Shown: positions 1 through 9,316, numbered from the stretch's first letter. The stretch is DNA of 64,000 nt from an uncultured Candidatus Saccharibacteria bacterium (GCA_964543075.1 CAZIVT010000002.1:3089-67088), one strand, 5' to 3'. Notes: generated from the sequence alone by a model not told the origin. Translations and numbers: made by a program.

Positions 1-204
1 GCAAATCACAACAAGTATTTCACTCTCAAAAATAAGTTCGGGAAAGTTGATGAGCAGTTCATACGGCAGAGCGTGAAGAATATGCAAGACTGTACTTGGT
101 ATATTGCTGGTCCGCCAAATATGATCGACGCTGTTCGAAATATTCTTCTTTTGCTCGGCATTAGAGCAGAATCAATCTTATATGAAGGATTTGATGGTTA
201 TTAA
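1..204 (+). CDS. C-terminal fragment of an FAD/NAD(P)-binding ferredoxin-reductase-type oxidoreductase (5' end outside window)
   Basis: Frame 1 is open from base 1 to TAA at 202-204. The tail CTWYIAGPPNMIDAVRNILLLLGIRAESILYEGFDGY resembles the NAD-binding C-terminus (G-P-P-x-M) of FNR-like reductases. Confidence 0.45.
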   Translation, partial: ANHNKYFTLKNKFGKVDEQFIRQSVKNMQDCTWYIAGPPNMIDAVRNILLLLGIRAESILYEGFDGY

Positions 205-213
205 TTTTATTAT

Positions 214-1446
214 ATGAATAAGTATTATAAGAAGACTCACAAGAAAAGGCACTGGCTATGGCTTATCTTTCCTGCTTTGCTTGGAATGGTTTTACTAGCG
301 TCAGGATTATTTACGATTACCAAGGAGATAACATATACCGACGATTCAATCGTTGCTCAATCTGAGAATTCAAAAGCAGAACAAAGAATACAGGAGTATC
401 GAGTGGAATCTGGAGACACGTTCGGAACGATACTTGGATCGTTCGGCGTGACCGGCACGGATGTCGATAGTATACTAGCCGCCTCGCAAGATGTATATGA
501 TTTCACAAAAATAAAGACCGGGCAGTTGCTTAAGGTGATTTTTGTTCAGAATGCATTTGCGGCAATGGAGTATGTTATCACCGATCACCAAGTGGTGACT
601 GTAGAAAAAAGCGGCGAAGACTTTGCGGTTGAAACATCCGATATCAAGTACGACATAACACCCGTAACAGCAGAAGCAAGTATAACTTCGTCACTATTTC
701 TTGATGCCTCGTCCGCCGGACTTGAAGATAAAACCATCATGGAGCTTGCCGAAATTTTTGGATGGGATATTGATTTCGCAACTGATATTCGCGAAGGAGA
801 TTCATTCAGAGTTCTCTACGAGAAACGATCAACTGAAGGTAAACCAGCGAAGTCAGGAAAAATACTCGCGGCTCGATTTGAAAATCAAGGCAAAACATAT
901 TGGGCAGTGGCTTATGAAGACGCTTCTGGAAACGTGAAATATTACGATCAAGACGGAAACTCTCTTGCAAGACAATTCTTAAAATCTCCATTGACCTATA
1001 AGTATATAAGCACTCAATACACGAACAGCCGTATTAATCCTGTTACAAAAACGGTAGACACGCATAAGGCGATTGACTATGCGGCTCCAGCTGGAACCCC
1101 TATTGTCGCTTCTGCTGATGGCGTAGTTGCCTACGCAGACTGGAAAGGTGGTTATGGAATAGATGTCGAGATAAATCACGAAGGGTCATACAGGACTTTG
1201 TATGCCCACCTTTCTCGTATTGCGAAGGGCATCAAAAACGGTGTCGAGGTGAAGCAAGGTCAGGTCATTGGCTATGTAGGGTCGACTGGAATCTCCACTG
1301 GACCGCATTTGCACTTTGCCATGTATAGAAATGGAAGCCCCTTGAATCCCTTGACCGCTGATCTGCCACCAGGAGAGGCAATAGGAAGTGAATCAAAAGC
1401 TGATTTTGACTCCAAAAAGGACAAGCTGATAAGTAAATGGTTTTAA
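214..1446 (+). CDS. LysM-domain M23 family metallopeptidase with N-terminal membrane anchor
   Basis: TM segment WLWLIFPALLGMVLLASGLF, LysM-like YRVESGDTFGTILGSFGV, and M23 signatures HKAIDYAAPAGTPI and GSTGISTGPHLHFAMY. Confidence 0.85.
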   Translation: MNKYYKKTHKKRHWLWLIFPALLGMVLLASGLFTITKEITYTDDSIVAQSENSKAEQRIQEYRVESGDTFGTILGSFGVTGTDVDSILAASQDVYDFTKIKTGQLLKVIFVQNAFAAMEYVITDHQVVTVEKSGEDFAVETSDIKYDITPVTAEASITSSLFLDASSAGLEDKTIMELAEIFGWDIDFATDIREGDSFRVLYEKRSTEGKPAKSGKILAARFENQGKTYWAVAYEDASGNVKYYDQDGNSLARQFLKSPLTYKYISTQYTNSRINPVTKTVDTHKAIDYAAPAGTPIVASADGVVAYADWKGGYGIDVEINHEGSYRTLYAHLSRIAKGIKNGVEVKQGQVIGYVGSTGISTGPHLHFAMYRNGSPLNPLTADLPPGEAIGSESKADFDSKKDKLISKWF

Positions 1447-1488
1447 ACTAGAAGAGTTATCCACAGTCCGATCATTTGACAAATAGGA

Positions 1489-1507
1489 TATAGGGGTATA
1501 CCCTATA
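1489..1507. promoter_or_regulatory. Putative CsoR operator
   Basis: TATAGGGGTATACCCTATA lies 35 bp upstream of the csoR ATG. The core GGGTATACCC is a perfect palindrome, resembling the G/C-tract inverted repeats bound by CsoR-family repressors. Confidence 0.4.
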
Positions 1508-1541
1508 AGCAGGTCGATAACTAATAATCTAATAAAAACAT

Positions 1542-1823
1542 ATGCACCATTCAGTTGATCAAAAAATAAAAGGCCGGGCTTTGCACCGGGCAAAGATTCT
1601 TAAAGGCCAGTTTGACGGTCTTATAAAGGCTATTGAGAAGGAAGAGTACTGCCCCACGCTCTTGGAGCAGTCACTCTCCATTCAAAGGTCGCTCAAAAGC
1701 CTTGACAGTTTTCTCTTGGAAAATCATCTCCGTTCCCATGTGAAGCATCAAATGCAGAGCAAGGGTGAAGATGAGAAAGCAGTCAAAGAATTAATCAGGA
1801 TATACAACTTATCCAATAAATAA
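1542..1823 (+). CDS. csoR: CsoR/RcnR-family metal-sensing transcriptional repressor
   Basis: 93 aa. The pattern LHRAKILKGQFDGLIKAIEKEEYCPTLLEQSLSIQRSL is typical of DUF156/CsoR four-helix repressors, with a Cys in the YC motif. It is the first gene of the copper operon. Confidence 0.85.
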   Translation: MHHSVDQKIKGRALHRAKILKGQFDGLIKAIEKEEYCPTLLEQSLSIQRSLKSLDSFLLENHLRSHVKHQMQSKGEDEKAVKELIRIYNLSNK

Positions 1824-1825
1824 TC

Positions 1826-2029
1826 ATGTCTAGCAACATCACAAAACAACTAAAAAAGGCTGGTATGCACATTGAGTTGGATCAGAAGGCGTTAGATGTT
1901 GTATGTGGTATGGAACTTGATCCTGTTCAAACAAAACTGCATGCCGAGCACAAGGGCGAAGTGTATTACTTCTGTAGTACCAATTGCAAGAATCACTTTA
2001 TTAATGATCCAACAAAGTACGTTGGCTAA
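1826..2029 (+). CDS. YHS/TRASH-domain metal-binding protein
   Basis: VVCGMELDP...GEVYYFCSTNCKNHFINDPTKYV matches the YHS-domain pattern (C-G-M ... Y-Y-F-C-S-x-x-C). It starts 2 nt after the csoR stop. Confidence 0.8.
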   Translation: MSSNITKQLKKAGMHIELDQKALDVVCGMELDPVQTKLHAEHKGEVYYFCSTNCKNHFINDPTKYVG

Positions 2030-2039
2030 AAAACCATTT

Positions 2040-3185
2040 ATGAATAAATTATACTTAACTATCGCTGTAGTGATTATCGTTGGCATTGGATTTGCGCTGT
2101 TTTCCCAATCAAGTCCCGACAAATCTGCCACAGATAATGCAAAAGTAGGCAACACTGTTTCTGGCACCCAGGAAAAAATCTATATAGCTCTCGAAGATGA
2201 AGGAAAGGTTGCGGTTATGGACCCGACGGAAAGAAAGATAATCAAGACAATTGATCTTTCCAAAGAAACCGACGGTAAAGAGGTACATTTTATGGCTCAC
2301 AATGTTCAGGTATCTCCGAACGGCCAATTTGTCGCAGTCACCGCAAATGTTGCGGAAAGCATGGATGGAATGTCTAGCGGCTCAATGGCATCTCCTGATG
2401 ACTCATCTGATGAGCTTGTTATTATCAATCCTACCACTGACCAAATCACACAACGCATCCCCATTGATATAGAAAGTCATCTCGCGCATGTTGTTGTTTC
2501 AAAAGACGGGAAAACAGCATATGTGATTTCACAGGAAAAAAGCCTAGTTTATCTTATCAATCTGGAAAGCGGCAAAATAGCAAAAAAGATCGAGCTCGGA
2601 CAAAACGCTCAACCACACGGTTTACGCCTGTCATCAGACGACTCGAAAGCCTTTATAGCTCTCATTGGCAAAGGGCTGGCAATACTAGATACGGCATCGG
2701 GAAAATTTGAGACTATTCAGTTACCCGGTGCAGGTGTCCAGACAGCAGTAACCCAAGATGGTAAATACGCTTTTGTCTCGGTATACGACACTAAACAAAT
2801 TGGCCTGCTCGATCTCAAGACAAATAAATTAAGTTTTATCAATTTACCGACTGAAGCAAAGGGGCCGGTGCAAATCTATCCGTCGCCTGACTCTAAATAT
2901 CTATATGTGGCGGATCAAGGCTATTACTTCGACCAACCGTCAAGTGACAAAGTCTATCGCATTGATATAGCGAAGAAAGAGGTAGATAAGACTGTGGATG
3001 CCGGCACTGCGCCCCACGGCATCGTTGTTAATGATTCGGGAGAGTTTGCGTTTGTTACTAACTTACTAAGCAATGACATATCAGTCATTGATCTCATGAC
3101 TGATAAGGAAGTTGCAAGAATTCCAGCAGGCAAAATGCCAAATGGCATTAGTATCTGGAACAGCGTCACGGGAGGAACGCGTTAA
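2040..3185 (+). CDS. YVTN/YncE-like beta-propeller repeat protein with signal anchor
   Basis: Start moved to the ATG at 2040 (MNKLYLTIAVVIIVGIGFALF), because the longer ORF overlaps the YHS gene. Repeated propeller blades are present, e.g. PHGLRLSSDDSKAFIA and PHGIVVNDSGEFAFVTNLLSNDISVIDL. Confidence 0.7.
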   Translation: MNKLYLTIAVVIIVGIGFALFSQSSPDKSATDNAKVGNTVSGTQEKIYIALEDEGKVAVMDPTERKIIKTIDLSKETDGKEVHFMAHNVQVSPNGQFVAVTANVAESMDGMSSGSMASPDDSSDELVIINPTTDQITQRIPIDIESHLAHVVVSKDGKTAYVISQEKSLVYLINLESGKIAKKIELGQNAQPHGLRLSSDDSKAFIALIGKGLAILDTASGKFETIQLPGAGVQTAVTQDGKYAFVSVYDTKQIGLLDLKTNKLSFINLPTEAKGPVQIYPSPDSKYLYVADQGYYFDQPSSDKVYRIDIAKKEVDKTVDAGTAPHGIVVNDSGEFAFVTNLLSNDISVIDLMTDKEVARIPAGKMPNGISIWNSVTGGTR

Positions 3186-3210
3186 TTAATCAAACTAACT
3201 AATTCAAAAT

Positions 3211-3435
3211 ATGAAACTATCGAAAATACTACATGTCGCGAGTGTCATCTCAGGAGTTTTGGGAATTCTAGGGATTCTGGGCCTCTTTGGTTTCTGGGGT
3301 GTAGGGATGATGGGAAATAATCAGGGTATGATGCCGATGTCTGTAGGCTCAATCCCGCTCCTCCTAGCCGCAATTTGGTTTCAGATTGGAGCAATTCATC
3401 ACATGATACTTGAGAGAAAGGGAGAAATTGTTTAG
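3211..3435 (+). CDS. Small Met-rich two-TM membrane protein
   Basis: 74 aa, hydrophobic, with MMGNNQGMMPM between the TM segments. It sits inside the copper operon. Confidence 0.4.
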   Translation: MKLSKILHVASVISGVLGILGILGLFGFWGVGMMGNNQGMMPMSVGSIPLLLAAIWFQIGAIHHMILERKGEIV

Positions 3436-3455
3436 TCGCTTAACTAAAAAATTAT

Positions 3456-3684
3456 ATGCATAATCATAATGACAATAATAAAGAAATAAAGACGGTGGTC
3501 ACAAAGGAATGATGTTGATGATGATCCCGTGCTTGCTCCTATTAGGATTTCTGTTTCTTGGTGGGGCAACTTATCTTCTTCTGGGTATCTCTGGCCAATT
3601 CTTATTGGCGTCTTTGTAATTGTGCATGTTTGGATGATGTTCAAGGGTCACGGCGGACACGATCACGGGTCTGATAAGAAATAA
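3456..3684 (+). pseudogene. DUF2933-like small His-rich membrane protein, apparently split across three frames
   Basis: ATG 3456 gives MHNHNDNNKEIKTVVTKE then a stop. Frame 2 (ATG 3509) gives MMLMMIPCLLLLGFLFLGGATYLLLGISGQFLLASL. Frame 1 (GTG 3529 to TAA 3682-3684) ends LWPILIGVFVIVHVWMMFKGHGGHDHGSDKK, the typical DUF2933 C-terminus. Confidence 0.3.
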
Positions 3685-3689
3685 ATACT

Positions 3690-5795
3690 ATGACTCATCA
3701 CGAACACACAAAAGATCTGTACACCTGCCCTATGCATCCAGAGGTGATGCAGGACAATCCTGGTATGTGCCCTGAATGCGGTATGCGGCTGGTGCCTACA
3801 AAGAAAAAGGGATCAGTCGGACACGAGGATCATGATAAACACGCAGGTCATTCGACCAAGATGTTTTTTAGAAAGTTTTGGATAAGCCTCATTTTAACTA
3901 TTCCAGTTGTGCTCTACGCTAAGGTCGTAGAGACTATTTTCAAGTGGTCACCGCCTACTTTTCCCGGTTCGGACTATCTCCCTTTGATCTTAGGATCGAT
4001 CGTCTTTTTCTATGGTGGCTGGGTATTCCTTGCTGGTGCATGGCGTGAAATCAAAGGACGACTGCCGGGCATGATGACCCTGATCGCTATCGCTATTTCT
4101 GCCGCTTACCTCTGGAGTGTGTATGCGGTTTTTGCAGGTGCTGAAGCTCTTTTTTGGGAGCTTACAACGCTTATCACCATTATGCTTCTTGGGCACTGGC
4201 TCGAGATGCGTGCAGTTTCCGGAGCACAAGGTGCGCTTAAGGAGCTTTCAAAGCTCCTTCCTGATACTGCAGAAGTAATCCGTAATAGTGTAACAACAAC
4301 TATTTCGCTTTCCGAGCTTCGAGAGAACGATGTTGTGCTCGTAAAACCCGGAACGAAGATTCCTGCAGACGGCTCGATCATTGATGGCGACTCTGATGTA
4401 AACGAGTCGATGGTTACAGGTGAATCAAAGCCTGTTTCTAAGAAAGAGGGTGATGCAGTCATCGCCGGCACGATAAATGGAGACGGTGCGTTGAAAATTA
4501 AAGTTTCGAATATTGGCGAGAAGACATTTCTTGCCGGTGTTATGCGTTTGGTTGCTGAAGCGCAGGCTTCTAAGTCTCGTTTACAGATTCTTTCCGACCG
4601 AGCCGCTCTTTATCTAACCATAGTCGCAGTCGGCGGAGGTATTATTACACTCGTTGCCTGGCTTCTGGCAGGCGCTGATGTCGGTTTTGCGGTGGCTCGG
4701 CTTGTAGCTGTGCTTGTGATTGCTTGTCCGCACGCGCTTGGTTTGGCAGTCCCACTTGTTGCATCAATCTCTACGACCAAAGCGGCACAGAACGGCTTTT
4801 TGGTAAAACAACGCCTTGCTCTTGAGGCCGCTCGAACTATTGATACGGTGTTATTTGATAAAACAGGAACACTCACCAAGGGAGAATTCGGAGTAGTAGA
4901 AGTTTGGAACACTAGCGGACACACCAGAGACGAGGTCATAGAATTAGCTGCTTCACTTGATGCCCTGTCGGAACATCCGATCGCTCGTGCTGTTGTCGCA
5001 AAAGCAAAAGAACAAAAGTTGTCACTCAAAGATCCTAAGAAATTTGAAGCGATCAAAGGCAAGGGCGTGAAAGCAATGATCGGCGAGCAGGAGATTATGG
5101 TTGGCGGACCGGCACTTCTTGAGGGTCTTGGACTTACCGTCCCCAATGAAATCTCCAATCAGATTCAGGATACTGGCAAAAAAGGACAGACCGTTGTCTT
5201 TACAGTAAAAGATAGAAAGCTCCTCGGTGCCATTGCTCTTGCCGACATCATCCGCGAAGAATCACGAGAAGCCATTAAATCGCTCAAAGAAAGGGGTGTG
5301 AAAACAGCAATGATCACCGGTGACTCCGAAGATGTGGCCAAGTGGGTTGCCTCCGAGCTTGGCATAGATGAATATTTCGCCAGGGTGCTCCCGTCGGAGA
5401 AATCAGAAAAGGTCAAAGCGTTGCAGGATCGTGGCTTGAAGGTCGCAATGGTTGGAGATGGTATTAATGACGCTCCGGCTTTAACACAGGCCGATCTCGG
5501 CATTGCAATAGGTGCCGGCACAAACGTCGCCATTGAGTCGGCCGGTATCATTCTCGTGCGAAACGATCCCAGAGACATCGTGAAGATTGTCCGGTTGTCT
5601 CAAATGACTTACACCAAGATGATTCAGAACCTGTTCTGGGCGACCGGATACAATGTGGTCGCGTTGCCGCTTGCCGCCGGTGCGCTTGCGTTCAAGGGAA
5701 TCATTCTTGACCCGGCAGTTGCCGCCGTTTTTATGTCGGCAAGCACGGTCATTGTTGCCATTAACGCTGTCCTTCTGCGAAGGCGCGAATTATAA
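3690..5795 (+). CDS. copB: Copper-translocating P1B-type ATPase (CPH motif, His-rich N-terminus)
   Basis: DKTGTLT, GDGINDAP and TGES motifs. TM6 carries ACPHALGLAVPL (CPH as in CopB-type pumps). The N-terminus has YTCPMHPEVMQDNPGMCPECGMRLVP plus HEDHDKHAGH. Confidence 0.93.
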   Translation: MTHHEHTKDLYTCPMHPEVMQDNPGMCPECGMRLVPTKKKGSVGHEDHDKHAGHSTKMFFRKFWISLILTIPVVLYAKVVETIFKWSPPTFPGSDYLPLILGSIVFFYGGWVFLAGAWREIKGRLPGMMTLIAIAISAAYLWSVYAVFAGAEALFWELTTLITIMLLGHWLEMRAVSGAQGALKELSKLLPDTAEVIRNSVTTTISLSELRENDVVLVKPGTKIPADGSIIDGDSDVNESMVTGESKPVSKKEGDAVIAGTINGDGALKIKVSNIGEKTFLAGVMRLVAEAQASKSRLQILSDRAALYLTIVAVGGGIITLVAWLLAGADVGFAVARLVAVLVIACPHALGLAVPLVASISTTKAAQNGFLVKQRLALEAARTIDTVLFDKTGTLTKGEFGVVEVWNTSGHTRDEVIELAASLDALSEHPIARAVVAKAKEQKLSLKDPKKFEAIKGKGVKAMIGEQEIMVGGPALLEGLGLTVPNEISNQIQDTGKKGQTVVFTVKDRKLLGAIALADIIREESREAIKSLKERGVKTAMITGDSEDVAKWVASELGIDEYFARVLPSEKSEKVKALQDRGLKVAMVGDGINDAPALTQADLGIAIGAGTNVAIESAGIILVRNDPRDIVKIVRLSQMTYTKMIQNLFWATGYNVVALPLAAGALAFKGIILDPAVAAVFMSASTVIVAINAVLLRRREL

Positions 5796-5814
5796 TTAAC
5801 CGACCAATAAATAT

Positions 5815-7419
5815 ATGAAAAATAAACTAATCATTGGAATCATCGTGGTCGTTGTCATCATTGGAGGGGTTGCCCTTTTACAGCGATCTAACACTGGCAA
5901 TATAGTGATGGCCGGCAGTTTTTCTACCGACATCACCGGTCTTGCTGAAGCCAAGCAGAGCGAGACGGTCGAACTTAAGAACGGCGATACGTACGATCTC
6001 ACCGCTTCAATCGTAAAGAAAACGATCGGCAACAGCGTGGTCAAAATGCTTGCCTATAACGGCATGATACCGGGACCCATGATCAAGGTGCAACAGGGTG
6101 CGGAAGTTACTTTGAATTTCACCAATAACACCGATGTCGATACCACGATCCATTCTCACGGTGTTCGGCTGGAGAATAAGTTTGATGGCGTACCAGACGT
6201 AACCCAGAAAGAAGTGAAGCCAGGTGAATCATTTACTTACAAAATCAAATTCCCTGACGAGGGTATGTATTGGTATCACCCTCACATTCGGGAGGACTAT
6301 GCACAAGAACTTGGTCTCTATGGAAATTATCTAGTAGTTCCAAATGATCCGAACTACTGGTCTCCAGTCAATCGTGAAGTCGCACTCTTTGTCGACGACA
6401 TTCTTATCGAGAACGGCAAGATTGCAGTATTCAGCAAAGAGTCAGCTGACCGCACCCTCATGGGCAGGTTCGGGAACACCATGCTCGTAAATGGAGAGAC
6501 CAACTATTCACTTCAAGCAAAAGCCGGAGAAGTTATTCGCTTCTACATCACCAATTCAGCAAATACCAGAACGTTTAACATATCTATCCCCGGTGCAAAA
6601 ATGAAACTAGTAGGAGCTGATGGCGGCAAATACGAACGCGAAACGTGGAGCGACAGCATACTCTTGAGTCCGTCTGAACGCGCTATTGTTGAGGTATTGT
6701 TTGCCGATGCCGGATCATACAAGATTGAGCATAAGACTCCAGAGCGTACTTATACTCTTGGAACAATTACAGTCTCTCCAGAAAAAGTAGCTACTTCATA
6801 CAGTAAAGAATTTGGCGTACTGCGTTCAAATAAAGATATTCAATCGGAGATTGATGCATTCAGATCATCATTCAATAAACCGGCCGATAAACGTCTGAAG
6901 CTCACGATTGATATGGGAATGCAAATGCAGGGCATGATGCAAAGTAACACCGGCGGACATAACATGAACATGATGGGTAATGACCAGATGATGTCCAACA
7001 ATGAAATGGTGTCAAGCGGCGATCCTATCGAGTGGGAAGAAAACAATGCGGCGATGAATACGATGTCGAATCCGGAAATGATGAAGTGGGTTATAGAAGA
7101 CGAAGATACCGGCAAGAAGAACATGGACATTGACTGGAATTTCAAAGTCGGCGACAAGGTAAAAATCAAAATTACCAACGATCCGAACTCCATGCATCCG
7201 ATGCAACACCCAATCCACTTCCACGGCCAGCGATTCTTAGTCTTGAGTACGAACGGTAAGTCGAATGATAACCTCGTCTGGAAAGATACTACGCTTATCC
7301 AAAATGGGGACACCGTTGAGATTATCGTTGAAATGACGAACCCAGGCGAATGGATGGCGCATTGTCACATTGCGGAGCATTTGGAGGCGAGCATGATGTT
7401 TGGGTTTAAGGTAGAGTAA
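5815..7419 (+). CDS. Multicopper oxidase with methionine-rich insert
   Basis: Copper ligand motifs HSHG, WYHPH, HPMQHPIHFHG and HCHIAEHLEASMM. Met-rich segment MGMQMQGMMQSNTGGHNMNMMGNDQMMSNNEM, as in CueO/PcoA-type oxidases. Confidence 0.9.
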   Translation: MKNKLIIGIIVVVVIIGGVALLQRSNTGNIVMAGSFSTDITGLAEAKQSETVELKNGDTYDLTASIVKKTIGNSVVKMLAYNGMIPGPMIKVQQGAEVTLNFTNNTDVDTTIHSHGVRLENKFDGVPDVTQKEVKPGESFTYKIKFPDEGMYWYHPHIREDYAQELGLYGNYLVVPNDPNYWSPVNREVALFVDDILIENGKIAVFSKESADRTLMGRFGNTMLVNGETNYSLQAKAGEVIRFYITNSANTRTFNISIPGAKMKLVGADGGKYERETWSDSILLSPSERAIVEVLFADAGSYKIEHKTPERTYTLGTITVSPEKVATSYSKEFGVLRSNKDIQSEIDAFRSSFNKPADKRLKLTIDMGMQMQGMMQSNTGGHNMNMMGNDQMMSNNEMVSSGDPIEWEENNAAMNTMSNPEMMKWVIEDEDTGKKNMDIDWNFKVGDKVKIKITNDPNSMHPMQHPIHFHGQRFLVLSTNGKSNDNLVWKDTTLIQNGDTVEIIVEMTNPGEWMAHCHIAEHLEASMMFGFKVE

Positions 7420-7448
7420 AAGCTCGCCATACAGGCAAACAAACAAGA

Positions 7449-7475
7449 AGGGGCTTGAAGCCTCTTTTTGTTTGT
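7449..7475 (+). terminator. Rho-independent terminator after the copper operon
   Basis: Stem AGGGGC/GCCTCT (one G-U pair), loop TTGAA, followed by TTTTGTTTGTTT. Confidence 0.5.
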
Positions 7476-7491
7476 TTCAATGAGCCACTAT

Positions 7492-7887
7492 TCAACAAAG
7501 ACATGCTATGCAGATACAAAGTGCATAAGAGCATGAAGGGATGGGGGTCAGAAAGAGAATGGGTAATTTGCCGAACTTCGGCTTTTTCTCTTTGATGTAT
7601 CTTTCGGCAGGCTTGATTGTGATCTCAATTTTTGTCCGTATTTCTATCTCAAGAAGTTTCTGACAGCTGGGACAGCGCATCGTGAATGACGCATTTGAGT
7701 TGAATGCTCCGTTCTTGAAGACAATATTCGTGCAATGAGGGCAATTGCCGATATTTAATGGTTCTTGATCCATATTCGCTGGAGGGTTTGCTGGTGCCGG
7801 CGTTGATTCCGGAGCTTCAGAAACCTTTGACATGGAATTAATTAATAATCGTTCCCGACCGGGGTCGACTACTTCCCGGTCAATCAA
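7492..7887 (-). CDS. Hypothetical zinc-ribbon protein
   Basis: Contains CPHC...CPSC (NCPHCTNIVF ... RCPSCQKLL). No recognisable family and the start is uncertain. Confidence 0.4.
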   Translation of the reverse strand: MIDREVVDPGRERLLINSMSKVSEAPESTPAPANPPANMDQEPLNIGNCPHCTNIVFKNGAFNSNASFTMRCPSCQKLLEIEIRTKIEITIKPAERYIKEKKPKFGKLPILFLTPIPSCSYALCICIACLC

Positions 7888-7894
7888 CGGGCAA

Positions 7895-8428
7895 TTAAGT
7901 GTCGTCTATTGCCTTCCTTTTTGCGCCATTCATCGACATCTTGGCGACCAGCACATCTCTCATCTCCGCTAAGTTATCCCCAGTTTTTTGATCACGTGCG
8001 TAATTCTTTTTAATAAATTCTTTTTCTTTATTCTTGTTAGTAGTTCCTGCTGACTGATCTGACCGGTCTGTATGACCGATGTGCAAGTCTGATTGACCGA
8101 TCTTGTTTGAGTTCGGTCTGTATGACCGGTCTAGTTTCAACAGGTAGTACACATTGTGGTAGCGTCGCCGGCTCTTTCGGATGATCTCAAGCTTGATAAG
8201 TTGCCGGATACCTCTTTGCACGCTCGAGATGCTTGCACCGATCTTATCGGCAATGGTCTGGTGGGACGGAAAACAAAAACCCTCCTGGTTGGCGTGCTCT
8301 GCCAGGCAGTTATAAATAGCGATGCCGATTGGACCTATCGTGCTTCCGTATTCATCGAGAAGCACCTTGCTGATCCAGTACCAGTCACCTTTGCGAAGAT
8401 CTCTGATTGTTATTTTTTCATCCGGCAT
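7895..8428 (-). CDS. Winged-helix DNA-binding protein, phage/plasmid replication-initiator-like
   Basis: Start moved to MPDEKITIRDL. The segment FCFPSHQTIADKIGASISSVQRGIRQLIKLEIIRK is a typical HTH of DnaD/replication-O-like helper proteins. Confidence 0.55.
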   Translation of the reverse strand: MPDEKITIRDLRKGDWYWISKVLLDEYGSTIGPIGIAIYNCLAEHANQEGFCFPSHQTIADKIGASISSVQRGIRQLIKLEIIRKSRRRYHNVYYLLKLDRSYRPNSNKIGQSDLHIGHTDRSDQSAGTTNKNKEKEFIKKNYARDQKTGDNLAEMRDVLVAKMSMNGAKRKAIDDT

Positions 8429-8632
8429 ACACGAGAAATAAGGGCGTGGTGAGGGTTGACCAAAACCCAGACCGCACCTTATCGCTCCTCTCAATGAGGT
8501 GGCAGACCATTGAGGGGAGAGTAAGAGGCGGTCTACCATTCCTTAGATTTTGGTAGAGCCCGATCGATGTTATCCATCGCCCGGCAGAAATCTCTTCGTG
8601 TAATTGGATTTTCAAGTTCCCGGATGTTGAAG

Positions 8633-8911
8633 TTACGCAAGAGACTCTCCCGTCTCCAAAGAAGTTCCTTCCTTGTCGGTGGCTTCCGAGTCATCCGTGT
8701 CCATATCCTCCGGATAAGTCTCTTGATCAGGATTTTCGTTCTCATGTTTTTTGATGTGATCCATGTGATCCAAAAGCATGAACGCCATACGCTTAAAGCC
8801 AGCGTGGACTTTCCAAACTTCTTGTCGGGACGGCTCTCGGCCGAGTACGTCGGCGAGTGCGTTGCGAGTGAGCTCAACGAGAGCTTCCTCATCTTTATCT
8901 GGTTTGGACAT
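8633..8911 (-). CDS. Hypothetical acidic protein
   Basis: 92-aa ORF with a plausible composition. The overlapping 131-aa ORF in another frame is Arg/Ser-rich and less protein-like. Confidence 0.4.
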   Translation of the reverse strand: MSKPDKDEEALVELTRNALADVLGREPSRQEVWKVHAGFKRMAFMLLDHMDHIKKHENENPDQETYPEDMDTDDSEATDKEGTSLETGESLA

Positions 8912-8964
8912 GCGGTGGTTTGGTTCATAGAAGTGACCTCACACTTTTATTGACCCCACCTTGC

Positions 8965-9171
8965 CTAAGGCAAGAAAACTTCCTCTACTCTGACCCCGAG
9001 AGCCAAAGCGATCCGCTGGGCTGTTTCGAGATTCGGCCGTTTCCGGCCGGTCTCGTACCTGCTGATCGCAGTGTTGTGCTTAAAACCAAGAATTCGGGCT
9101 AGTTGATATTGCGTTAGCCCTTTCTTGATTCGAAGGTCACGGAGTTTTATATTCACTGGTGATTTGTTCAT
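8965..9171 (-). CDS. XRE-family HTH regulator (Cro-like)
   Basis: LRIKKGLTQYQLARILGFKHNTAISRYETGRKRPNLETAQRIALALGV is a canonical XRE HTH. It is divergent from the CI-like gene. Confidence 0.85.
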   Translation of the reverse strand: MNKSPVNIKLRDLRIKKGLTQYQLARILGFKHNTAISRYETGRKRPNLETAQRIALALGVRVEEVFLP

Positions 9172-9201
9172 AGGTTTAACTTTTAGACCTCTATAGTCAT
9201 A

Positions 9202-9219
9202 TTAAGCAAAATTGCTTAA
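9202..9219. promoter_or_regulatory. Operator palindrome O1
   Basis: TTAAGCAAAATTGCTTAA is a perfect 18-bp palindrome in the cro/cI divergent intergenic region. Confidence 0.6.
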
Positions 9220-9243
9220 CTCGTCAATATATCAGGGTGTGGA

Positions 9244-9259
9244 TAAGCAAAGTTGCTTA
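9244..9259. promoter_or_regulatory. Operator palindrome O2
   Basis: TAAGCAAAGTTGCTTA has the same half-sites (TAAGCAA-N2-TTGCTTA) as O1 and lies 42 bp away. Confidence 0.6.
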
Positions 9260-9296
9260 ATCTTTACAATTTTGCTACGATGTACTAAACTGGTCG

Positions 9297-9316
9297 TAAG
9301 CAAGGAAATTAAGCAA
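9297..9316. promoter_or_regulatory. Two direct operator half-sites
   Basis: TAAGCAAGGAAATTAAGCAA contains two TAAGCAA half-sites in direct orientation, just upstream of the CI-like ATG at 9328. Confidence 0.4.

Noticed and set aside
1896-2039. The N-terminal 48 codons of the 429-aa ORF
   Set aside because: They overlap the YHS gene in another frame. A signal-anchor start (MNKLYLT...) at 2040 is far more plausible.
4106-5578. Long minus-strand ORFs (4106..4471, 4610..5158, 5165..5578) inside the ATPase gene
   Set aside because: They are antisense shadow ORFs with Ser/Ala/Thr/Pro-rich, low-complexity translations. The plus strand carries an unambiguous P-type ATPase with all its motifs.
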